Shown one piece after another: positions 9,474-17,857 of a stretch of 64,000 bases of DNA. The position numbers and the translations under genes are program-made. Position 1 is the first letter of the stretch. Each line of letters begins with the position of its first letter. The notes beneath the pieces were generated by a model. That model saw nothing but the letters and a program-made list of their open reading frames with translations, searched no databases and was not told the origin of the DNA. Origin of the DNA: a virus (taxonomy: Duplodnaviria; Caudoviricetes). Location: IMG/VR virus record IMGVR_UViG_3300024346_000006. The stretch is one strand, 5' to 3'.

Positions 9474-11600
9474 CTATTTTTTAACCTTGGCCCACAAATC
9501 TGCATCACCAGTAGTTCTTGTTTTCCCACCTGTGATAAAAGAATTCACTCTCGCAAACGCCCATTGTTGTGGAGTAGTTCCCGGCCTGTGGCCACCCTTC
9601 CAGGCCGCCATACCTCTATCATATACCTTTTTTAGAATTTCATATGAAATACCAGATTTATCTGCCTTTTTAACTAATCCAGCAATCTTTGCTTCGTCTA
9701 ATGTCTCTGTACTATCTTCGCCAAACATCTGCTTATATTTCTTAGTATATTGTGAAGGTTTCGTTTCTGCATCTGTATCTCCAGGCGCTGGTTTATAAGA
9801 AGAATCTTTTCTATCTGGTTTAGATGCCTGTTTTTTAAAATGAGCAGCTCTTTTATCTTTAGTAGACTTGGACATCTCATCACCATCAGCATCTTTTGCA
9901 TAATACTTTTTTGGTTGAGATCCCTCTTTGTCTTTGATATCTGGGTCTTGAGTTGTCTTTCTTTCGTAAATAAATTGTGAAAAACTTTTTATATTCTCTT
10001 CTAAATCTTCCGCAGAATAACCAAGTTTCTTTTTTAGTATATTCATTGCAGTTGCCATCTTAACTTGCATCCACTCATCGCCGTATCTTTTCTTAAAATC
10101 ATCATCTGGCAAATCTTTTGCAATCTTTTCTAAATCCTTTTCTCTTTCTGGATTCATCTTAAAATCTTCTAGTTTATTTCCGTCCTTGTCGTACTTACCA
10201 GATTTCTTTTTCGCAATCGCAATCGCAGCCTGTTGAGCTCTAGATACACCTTCATCTTTTCCAGAAATCCTGTCACGGAAATCTTTTTTAATTTCTCCAT
10301 CTGTCACTTTCTCAACATCTTGAATAATCTTTGGATTTTTTAATAATTTGCGTAGGTTGTTTTTAACTTCCCCAGCACTACTTGCATCTATATAAAAAGT
10401 AGGTAATCCTTCAATATCTACTTGATAATTTGCTTCCTCAAGACTTTCATATTTTAATTCTTTACTTGATGTAGAAAAATTCTTTTTACGCATGATTGTT
10501 TTATGTACAACTTCAAACTCACCATTCTTGTAATTGATGACTACAGGCAGATTTAAATTAGTTGACATGTCTTTGAGAACTGCTTCGATATCAGGATTTG
10601 ACTTAATCTGCGAACCTTTTTTCTTTTGAATCTTTTTGAAAAACTTTTGAAGTTCTGCAACTTTAATCTCTGGGTCATTTCTTTTATCATTCATTCTGTC
10701 AACAAAATGTCTTGTAAATGTAACATCAATATCATACTTTGCAAGCATTCTATCTGCAAACTTTTCTAAATCATCAATTTGTTTTTGAGACACTTCCTCA
10801 TTATTGTATATTTTTTTATATACCGTATCATAATCATCATCAATACCAATTTTAAAATCTAACTCTTTATAAACAGATTCCATCAATATTTCATCTTCGA
10901 TATCTTCTACAATCTCTACAAATTCTGTTTCAATAAAACGTGAAAAGTCTGCATTGGTTGCTTCAAGAAACTCTAACAATTCTTCACTTATATTCATTGA
11001 CTTTCTGAGAGTATCAAATAATTTTTTTCCATTAGACTTTTCAAAGTCAGAAGGCAAACCAGATTTAAATCCGTTGAGTATTTTACCAGTTTTCGGGTCT
11101 TTCTCATCTTCATATCTATTTGCAGCTGCTGCTGCTCTCATTTTAGATGCTGACATACCAGCAACACCCTCTGCATCAGGATCTCTTTCCCCCGCAGAAA
11201 CTACTTCAATACCATCTTTAAAATCATAGAAACCATGGCTTCCTTCTTTACCATTATATTTGTTAAGTGTAGTTTTAAATTCTGTAACTCTATCTCCACC
11301 GACAACCATAATACATCTCTTATAACCCATGTCATATAACATAGGAGCAATCATAAATGCAGTCTTTGCATTTCTATTAGAGATGATATTGCGAGAATAC
11401 TTTGGAAACATCTTTTTCATAAAACCAACTTTAGTTTTATGATCTAAAGGATCTTTTTTGTCATTTTGTGAATGACTAGGAAATACCATAAAGTCGGCGC
11501 CTTCTTTTTTAGCAACCGATGCAAGTTTTTTTATTAATTTTTCGTGTCCTGTGGTTGGGGGATTAAACCTACCAAATGTAAAAATTACTGTATCTTTCAT
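9474..11600 (-). CDS. HxGH nucleotidyltransferase (cytidyltransferase-like) fused to several C-terminal modules
   Basis: TFGRFNPPTTGHEKL, VVGGDRV, VVSAGERDPD...MSASKMR; C-terminal YDRGMAAWKGGHRPG...WAFARVNSF domain. Confidence 0.8.
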   Translation of the reverse strand: MKDTVIFTFGRFNPPTTGHEKLIKKLASVAKKEGADFMVFPSHSQNDKKDPLDHKTKVGFMKKMFPKYSRNIISNRNAKTAFMIAPMLYDMGYKRCIMVVGGDRVTEFKTTLNKYNGKEGSHGFYDFKDGIEVVSAGERDPDAEGVAGMSASKMRAAAAANRYEDEKDPKTGKILNGFKSGLPSDFEKSNGKKLFDTLRKSMNISEELLEFLEATNADFSRFIETEFVEIVEDIEDEILMESVYKELDFKIGIDDDYDTVYKKIYNNEEVSQKQIDDLEKFADRMLAKYDIDVTFTRHFVDRMNDKRNDPEIKVAELQKFFKKIQKKKGSQIKSNPDIEAVLKDMSTNLNLPVVINYKNGEFEVVHKTIMRKKNFSTSSKELKYESLEEANYQVDIEGLPTFYIDASSAGEVKNNLRKLLKNPKIIQDVEKVTDGEIKKDFRDRISGKDEGVSRAQQAAIAIAKKKSGKYDKDGNKLEDFKMNPEREKDLEKIAKDLPDDDFKKRYGDEWMQVKMATAMNILKKKLGYSAEDLEENIKSFSQFIYERKTTQDPDIKDKEGSQPKKYYAKDADGDEMSKSTKDKRAAHFKKQASKPDRKDSSYKPAPGDTDAETKPSQYTKKYKQMFGEDSTETLDEAKIAGLVKKADKSGISYEILKKVYDRGMAAWKGGHRPGTTPQQWAFARVNSFITGGKTRTTGDADLWAKVKK

Positions 11601-11983
11601 GACCCTGCTCTTGTGATTTTAGTGATTCTTTCAATCTGTTGATTGATAATAGCCTCTCTATTGGGCCAGTAAATATACTCTTTTTCTTTATTCTTCATTA
11701 GATTATTTAGAAGAGGCATTATCAAGTTCTCCACCTCTTGTAATTTATTTGATACAATAACTTTCTCATTTTCATAGTAATCTTTTACTATAGAAACTTC
11801 ATCCAACATACTTCCAAGGCGGTCTGCAAGATTGTCCATTTTATATTCTAAAAGTTTTACGCTCTCGCCTGTAGTCTCCAACTGAGAAGACATCTCTTGA
11901 GTATGGGTAGATGTACCAGTTAATCCTTTAAGATCATCTTCATCTACTGCTGTAAAACCAAAATCTATATCGTCTTGTGTCAT
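11597..11983 (-). CDS. Hypothetical protein
   Basis: 128 aa; DFGFTAVDED N-terminus, PLLNNLMKNKEKEYIYWPNR C-terminus; 4-nt overlaps with neighbours. Confidence 0.6.
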   Translation of the reverse strand: MTQDDIDFGFTAVDEDDLKGLTGTSTHTQEMSSQLETTGESVKLLEYKMDNLADRLGSMLDEVSIVKDYYENEKVIVSNKLQEVENLIMPLLNNLMKNKEKEYIYWPNREAIINQQIERITKITRAGS

Positions 11984-12261
11984 GTGTCAAACCTATGAAT
12001 TTTTATTTCTAATTTTCCACAGTCATATCCTTTTATGACTCTGTGAAAAACTCCTTTTTTTATTTTCAACATCATTCCTTCCAAAAGGAGAAAAGGAAAT
12101 TCGTCATCATACTGAAAGTGCCATCCATCGGAGTATAATATTTCAACCAATCTAGTTTCATTGTCTCTGTGCCACACTAAATCATTTACATCAGAATCGC
12201 CAGAAAATGTTCTCTTTACTGTTCTTTCATTAATTACTGTTTCAATATATGGAACCATCAT
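11980..12261 (-). CDS. Small cupin-like hypothetical protein
   Basis: LVWHRDNE motif 1 and IKKGVFHRV motif 2. Confidence 0.5.
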   Translation of the reverse strand: MMVPYIETVINERTVKRTFSGDSDVNDLVWHRDNETRLVEILYSDGWHFQYDDEFPFLLLEGMMLKIKKGVFHRVIKGYDCGKLEIKIHRFDT

Positions 12262-12271
12262 AAATCACCTA

Positions 12272-12814
12272 TTACCAGAAAAAATTACCACCACCACTTA
12301 ATCCAAGTTGTTTTGCATACTTTGGAAGTCTACATGCCCAATAGCCTGGTTTTGTCTTATCGTTTTTCTGATCGCAATTATGTCTTGCAACAAAACTCTT
12401 TCTTGCCTCTGGGTCATTAATTTTTGCAGTCAATCCTGTTGTATCCCCAAATGAAATCTTAATTACATTTCCTTTATCATTTTTAACATATACATAATAC
12501 TTTTTCTTACCACCCCTCTTTGGGGAATTCAATTCTACATCTTCTTCCATCAAGGGGCAGTCTAAAGGAACATATACGGCATCAAATTCTTGTTTCTCAA
12601 ACATCGCCCACTCACCAATATCTGTTTGTAACATTTCAATGTCGTAAAGGTCAAACTCGAGCTTACCTTCTTCATATAATTTTCTCGCCACTCTAAAGGT
12701 TTTGTAAAAATTATTTGAACCTAGACGAAAGACATTATCAATTAGTGGTATTTCATTCTGTCTATGATACAACACCATTTCTTCTATATTTTGAAACTGT
12801 TTATAAGTTTTCAT
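12272..12814 (-). CDS. Hypothetical two-module protein with capsid-targeting-like N-terminus
   Basis: Start re-assigned to 12814 (MKTYKQFQNIEE; ATGA overlap with upstream stop); C-terminal KKYYVYVKN...SFGD...RKSFVARHNC...GYWACR domain. Confidence 0.65.
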   Translation of the reverse strand: MKTYKQFQNIEEMVLYHRQNEIPLIDNVFRLGSNNFYKTFRVARKLYEEGKLEFDLYDIEMLQTDIGEWAMFEKQEFDAVYVPLDCPLMEEDVELNSPKRGGKKKYYVYVKNDKGNVIKISFGDTTGLTAKINDPEARKSFVARHNCDQKNDKTKPGYWACRLPKYAKQLGLSGGGNFFW

Positions 12815-13314
12815 CTCAATAACTTCTCCAATTCTCTCATAGTCTTCGCTGGATTGATATGACGAATACCAATACCACCTTTCGCTTCCCATTCTTTTAT
12901 ATTCTTAGGATAATCATCAATTAGAATATTTGGTTTATCATTTGTTGTAGCAAATTTCTGTTTATCTTCTCGTTGGACTAAATGTATTTTTCCATTCAAT
13001 CTCAAATTTTTTGAAATCCAAGCTCTTTTACCTTTTTGCGAATTCGAATCTCTTTTGGAATATGCAGATAAAATGTTTGCATTGTACTTGTTTAACATTT
13101 TCCACATCTTTTCCGAGCCTGACATCCATGGTAGGGTGTGCCAAAAATCTTTCTTGGATTTAATATCTTCCCATCTTTCTTCTTTGTCGGTTGATGCAAA
13201 GTCTTTATTAAATGCGGTTGTATAACCGCCTGTGAAATTACAAAGAACTTCGTCCATATCACAATAAATTTCTGGCATTTCTTTTTCAAAAATATATTGA
13301 TTGAAAGTTTTCAT
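12811..13314 (-). CDS. HAD-family 5'(3')-deoxyribonucleotidase-like phosphatase
   Basis: IYCDMDEVL (DxD), ILSA, ILIDDYPKN; N-terminus MKTFNQYIFE. Confidence 0.85.
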   Translation of the reverse strand: MKTFNQYIFEKEMPEIYCDMDEVLCNFTGGYTTAFNKDFASTDKEERWEDIKSKKDFWHTLPWMSGSEKMWKMLNKYNANILSAYSKRDSNSQKGKRAWISKNLRLNGKIHLVQREDKQKFATTNDKPNILIDDYPKNIKEWEAKGGIGIRHINPAKTMRELEKLLR

Positions 13315-13604
13315 TTCATTAAACCTTTTATTACTTTTAGTGCCATCTTACCATCTGGGTGATGCGGATTAATACTGACTTCATCCCCATTAACAAAATC
13401 AGAAATACTAGCTGACTTGCCAAGAGCAGTAATTGCTTTGTGTAGTGGATCTTTTGGATCGTATCTTCGTTCAAAATTGGGTTTTCCTCTTAGTTCGACC
13501 CAGCTCTTTTCTTTAGTATCCCACATCTTAAGTACATCTTGATCTTTACCACGAACCAATTTGAGCTTAATACCTTCAGAAAGATATTGAGTAAAACCTA
13601 ACAT
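13311..13604 (-). CDS. Hypothetical protein with capsid-targeting-like N-terminus
   Basis: 97 aa; MLGFTQYLSE leader. Confidence 0.6.
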   Translation of the reverse strand: MLGFTQYLSEGIKLKLVRGKDQDVLKMWDTKEKSWVELRGKPNFERRYDPKDPLHKAITALGKSASISDFVNGDEVSINPHHPDGKMALKVIKGLMK

Positions 13605-14548
13605 CAGTCATCGTCCATTTCGTCCATGATACTGTAATCATAAACAGCGTCGATGTAATCCTTTGCCTTCGTCACTTTAGAAACTACCCACGCCTCCATT
13701 TCATATTCATTATTTTGTGGATTATCGACTTCTTCCATAAGTGCCTCTGCAAGTTCTGTGGACTTATTAGAAAGAATGATGAGTTGTCTCAACATCATCT
13801 CCAAACTATCCTGTGCAAACTCTGCGTCTTCTATAAATAGTTCTTCTTTAATTCCTCTTGCGGCCTTTTCTGCAGAAATCCACTTTTTAGCGACAGTTTT
13901 AGTTGGTGATTTCTTTGTCCACGCTCCAATAGTTCTATATGCCCTCATAACATCTCTTTCAAAGTCTGCGCCGTCAGAGTTATCAATTACAAACATTTTT
14001 TCCTTAAATGCAGACTGAAATTTACCAATGTTTCCTTGAACACCTTTCCACATAGATTCAACTTCATTGTCTGGAAGACTTCTCGCTCTTAATCTATTTC
14101 GGTTTAATGCGGTGTCTAAATCGGTATTGACAAAAATCATTGCGGTTTCGTAACCCATCGCCTCTAACTTGTCTTTTTGTTTTTTAATTTTATCATAATC
14201 TTTTCCAGTACCATCGACAACAAGTCCAAGTCTACCCCTCATATATCCCGCCTGTTGCGCCGCAGTAAGTGCTTTTGCTTTACCTCTTACTTGTTGTCCA
14301 AGGTCAGAGAAAATATCATCTGGATTTCCTTTGTCCAGTCCCGACTTATCCAACGCCCTTTCAAATGCAGGGTCGGAGTTTACAACTCTCAATCCAAAAG
14401 AAGTAAGTGCAGTTCTACCTACAATAAAAGATTTACCAGAACCTGGCCCACCGGCGAGGAACACCGCCTTAAAGATGCCTGGGTCATTGATACCTTCTTC
14501 TAAAGTTTCTTCATTTCTAAGATTTTCGATTATATTTCTTATATCCAT
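13604..14548 (-). CDS. P-loop kinase (AAA_33/zeta-toxin/PNK-like) with extra C-terminal helical module
   Basis: LAGGPGSGKS Walker A, LVVDGTG, ALNRNRLR lid; start re-assigned to 14548 (MDIRNIIE), just after upstream stop. Confidence 0.8.
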   Translation of the reverse strand: MDIRNIIENLRNEETLEEGINDPGIFKAVFLAGGPGSGKSFIVGRTALTSFGLRVVNSDPAFERALDKSGLDKGNPDDIFSDLGQQVRGKAKALTAAQQAGYMRGRLGLVVDGTGKDYDKIKKQKDKLEAMGYETAMIFVNTDLDTALNRNRLRARSLPDNEVESMWKGVQGNIGKFQSAFKEKMFVIDNSDGADFERDVMRAYRTIGAWTKKSPTKTVAKKWISAEKAARGIKEELFIEDAEFAQDSLEMMLRQLIILSNKSTELAEALMEEVDNPQNNEYEMEAWVVSKVTKAKDYIDAVYDYSIMDEMDDD

Positions 14549-14549
14549 T

Positions 14550-15803
14550 TTACTTGTCCCATGCCTTTGCTGCAGTAAAGTTATTATAACTAAATTCCAT
14601 TCGATCAACAATTTTCACGGCATTACCCTTTGTATCAATTGCAACATAACCTTCTGGATTTGTCACTTCATAACCGTTTTCTGTACGAACAAAAATCTGC
14701 GTTAACTGTTTAACACTATTTAGTTTATTTATAATAAGAGATTTAGCACCAATTAATTCTTCCATAAAATCAACAATTGAATATGCAACACTGTCTAATT
14801 TAATTAATTGTTTTACTGCATCATCTCTAATTCTTTCTTTATCTTTTCTTGCACCTTCTGTTTTTAACTTTGCAATAACTTTTTCGTCAAAAAACTTTTT
14901 AACATACATCGAATAGTCTAAATTTTTCATGTTCTTTGTAGAAATATTCTGTCCTTCACGAATATATGTGTTGAGATAGGTTTTGAAACTTGCACCAGCA
15001 AGTCCTTTAATAAAAATTTTGTTTTGGAGTTGCATAAATGTTTTAAAATCGTTTGATCTGATTTTCTTAAATTTTCTACCAACTTGAGACATTTGCCCAT
15101 CGAGTGTTTTTAGTTCGGACGAAGTAAATTTTGCAGAACCAGAAACATCTTTATATGTTGCATCATCCATCCACACAGATGATGTTTTCTTTAATCCAGA
15201 TATATTCACACCAAAAGAGGCCGTCATCGATGGTAAATCTTTTCCAGAATATGTTGTATGCCAAACAACACCAATCTTTGCAGCGTTGATTGCCTTTCCT
15301 AAATCAGAATCTTTCTGAACTGCATACATCAATGTGTTTTGTTGGAATGTTAGATATGTCTCGCCATCAAGTGTTTTTTCTGACACATCATCAGTAAACA
15401 TTAAGTCTCCTTGAATAACACCCTTAATTCCCAATTTAGAAAATTCTCGATATGCAACAGTAAATTTTGATTTTAATGCGGGACTTAGTTTTATATCTGC
15501 ATCGATCTCTGCAGTACTTTTATATAATAGTGGAGTCTCATTAAATACAGATTTTTTTGCGATAAAGAATTTTCCATCACTTGGATCTATTCCAGCGAAT
15601 ATAGCAGGAGCACCGTCCCACTTAACTGTCATGTTTACTTTAGAATCTGAATTTCCTGCCAACATGTCTCTTAAAGATAAAAGAAATTGTACAGCGGCAC
15701 GGCCACCATCGATTCCAAAGTTGAGAATTTCATCTTCAAGGTGTTCTAAGTGTAGATTTTTTCCACCTTTTGATTCAGTAAGATATTTTTTAAATGATTG
15801 CAT
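14550..15803 (-). CDS. DUF6267-like protein with ATP-dependent ligase (Rnl1-like) motifs
   Basis: VKWDGAP (KxDG), IQGDLMF, PEGYVAI, AVKIVD; N-terminus MQSFKKYLTE. Confidence 0.65.
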   Translation of the reverse strand: MQSFKKYLTESKGGKNLHLEHLEDEILNFGIDGGRAAVQFLLSLRDMLAGNSDSKVNMTVKWDGAPAIFAGIDPSDGKFFIAKKSVFNETPLLYKSTAEIDADIKLSPALKSKFTVAYREFSKLGIKGVIQGDLMFTDDVSEKTLDGETYLTFQQNTLMYAVQKDSDLGKAINAAKIGVVWHTTYSGKDLPSMTASFGVNISGLKKTSSVWMDDATYKDVSGSAKFTSSELKTLDGQMSQVGRKFKKIRSNDFKTFMQLQNKIFIKGLAGASFKTYLNTYIREGQNISTKNMKNLDYSMYVKKFFDEKVIAKLKTEGARKDKERIRDDAVKQLIKLDSVAYSIVDFMEELIGAKSLIINKLNSVKQLTQIFVRTENGYEVTNPEGYVAIDTKGNAVKIVDRMEFSYNNFTAAKAWDK

Positions 15804-17164
15804 TAGTAAAGTTTCCCGAATGGCCCAAATATTTTCCCCTTCTTTTGGGCAAGATATGTTAAAGTTGTTAGTAAATCATCTCTTTTTTCATCATTTGTGA
15901 TGGAGACAATTTCACACACCAAATGGAGTTGCATCAATTTACTATGAGCATAATCTGGTCTTGATGTGTTAAATGCCGATACCATATTTTTTTGAAACTG
16001 GTTTTCGGTTATTCCTGTATATTGTTTTACTTTGTTGAATTTATATAAGAATTTATTATAATCGTTCATGAATTCTTCTTCAGATGTAGGATAGTTTGTA
16101 TTATCATTATCCCAATTAAGGCCTTCGTCTGTAAAAATTTTTCTGGCCATGTCTAAAGGAACTTTACCAAGTCTTGCGGAAGTTGCGCCCAAGTCTGTTC
16201 CTTCAATTTTTAAATTATTAAAACCAGCACTATTTTGTCTGATTTGAAATTTAATTCTTCCCTTTTTACCTGATACAACAATTTTGGTATCTGAGTTAAC
16301 AAACTCTCCATTTCCCTTTGTCTTAAGATTGATATCGATGTCTTGTAATTTAAAGTTATATTCTTTATCATCAAAGATGTCCATGTTTTCTAGATTTACA
16401 AGTTCCCATCTTGCAGTTGTACCTGACATCTTTTTTAGGGAAATACCAACTATTCTTCTTTCATGGAACATATCTCTTAGAATGGCGTTAAATTCTTCTA
16501 GGGAAGTTACATCATCTAATACTTTTTCTTTTAAGGTGTTTTTTACTTTATTAAGGTCAGATACCAACCATATGTCTGCAGGGTTCCAAGTATCTTTTTT
16601 TGCAATACCATATTTTTGTTTACAAATTCCAGTAATGTAATCCATAAATCCACGGTCTCTGGAATAGTGTTTATAACTACTGTTTCCGACTTTATTATAT
16701 GTTGTTAATTGTTGCTGAAAGAATGTATTTTCCCATTCTTCATTCATAGCTGGATAAATCTTTTTTAGATCATCACGGTATAGTTTCATAAACTTGCCTT
16801 GATCTGTGTATCCATTATTTTCAATACCCATTTTTATCGCAAAAAGGGAGGCGAGTTCTTGCATCTGGGTAGTTTTCCCATCAGAACCGCCTCCCATTCC
16901 ACTAAAGGGTGCTTTATCTATTTGTGTCCACTTGTATCCATTAAAAATTGGAAGGTATTTACCACTTTTTGTCAAAGAACTCATAACTCTAGGTTGCGAC
17001 TTGTCCTTCACTGCCCCAAGAAACTTCTTTACTTCTGGAGTCAATTGAACCATAGCCTTTGATCTATCCGCAAACTTTAGTTCTTTTTTACTATTAATCA
17101 CATCTGCAACCATATTCAAGTATGGTTTTTCAAACTTTGTTTCTTTTGCTCCAAGGTTTGCCAA
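15803..17164 (-). CDS. Hypothetical protein, possible PD-(D/E)xK nuclease fold
   Basis: 453 aa, TTG start with AAGGGA SD; QELAS, WNPADIWLV, GISLKK motifs. Confidence 0.5.
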   Translation of the reverse strand: MANLGAKETKFEKPYLNMVADVINSKKELKFADRSKAMVQLTPEVKKFLGAVKDKSQPRVMSSLTKSGKYLPIFNGYKWTQIDKAPFSGMGGGSDGKTTQMQELASLFAIKMGIENNGYTDQGKFMKLYRDDLKKIYPAMNEEWENTFFQQQLTTYNKVGNSSYKHYSRDRGFMDYITGICKQKYGIAKKDTWNPADIWLVSDLNKVKNTLKEKVLDDVTSLEEFNAILRDMFHERRIVGISLKKMSGTTARWELVNLENMDIFDDKEYNFKLQDIDINLKTKGNGEFVNSDTKIVVSGKKGRIKFQIRQNSAGFNNLKIEGTDLGATSARLGKVPLDMARKIFTDEGLNWDNDNTNYPTSEEEFMNDYNKFLYKFNKVKQYTGITENQFQKNMVSAFNTSRPDYAHSKLMQLHLVCEIVSITNDEKRDDLLTTLTYLAQKKGKIFGPFGKLY

Positions 17165-17195
17165 TGGAATTCCCTTTTTGTTGAGTTAATACCAT

Positions 17196-17203
17196 TATTT
17201 ATA
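17196..17203 (-). promoter_or_regulatory. T4-type late promoter TATAAATA heading the 17.2-3.5 kb locus
   Basis: Exact TATAAATA on minus strand 32 nt upstream of start at 17164. Confidence 0.8.
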
Positions 17204-17206
17204 ATT

Positions 17207-17857
17207 TTACATATAATGTAGATAAGTGCCGACTACATACTTATCATCAGACTTTGCAGACATACACTGATGTGGATGTGTCCAGAAAGGTGGCCAGATT
17301 GCGAGCCTCCCCCTAACTGGATTCACACTTAGGTTATAATCTGGAAAGACTGTTTCGCCACCCTCTTCAACATCATTCAAATAGAAAAAACATGCAACAA
17401 ATCTTTTTGCAGATAAGTGGTCTCCAACATCCGCATGATATTTAAAATCATCATCAGAACCCTTAGTGTATTTTTTCATCTTAATTTCTTCATTGACACA
17501 CTGGCCAGGAAAAAACATAATATTATTATGTCTCCGATACATTTCAGTATACTCAGAAATAATACCTAAAAGTTTCATAGACCATTCTTCAAATTCTGGG
17601 AACTTTTCACATAGTTCTGGGTCAAAGAAATTTACCTCAGTATATGTTCTTGCTTCGGTATTTAATTTTCTCTGATGGTCAGTTGCCGATTCGAATAACT
17701 CGATCATCTTATTACAATCTTCATCTGATAAAACATTATCCCAAACCGAAATGAATGCTCGTTGACCATCGGGTGGTCGCATATCAAATTGTTCTTCATC
17801 TACTTCAAAATGAATTGTTGTTTCTGCAGTAGTAGCAGTATTTGTTTCTTGTGTCAT
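17207..17857 (-). CDS. 2OG-Fe(II) oxygenase (prolyl-4-hydroxylase-like)
   Basis: YHAD (HxD), YLNDVEEGGETVF, THPH, DKYVV. Confidence 0.88.
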   Translation of the reverse strand: MTQETNTATTAETTIHFEVDEEQFDMRPPDGQRAFISVWDNVLSDEDCNKMIELFESATDHQRKLNTEARTYTEVNFFDPELCEKFPEFEEWSMKLLGIISEYTEMYRRHNNIMFFPGQCVNEEIKMKKYTKGSDDDFKYHADVGDHLSAKRFVACFFYLNDVEEGGETVFPDYNLSVNPVRGRLAIWPPFWTHPHQCMSAKSDDKYVVGTYLHYM

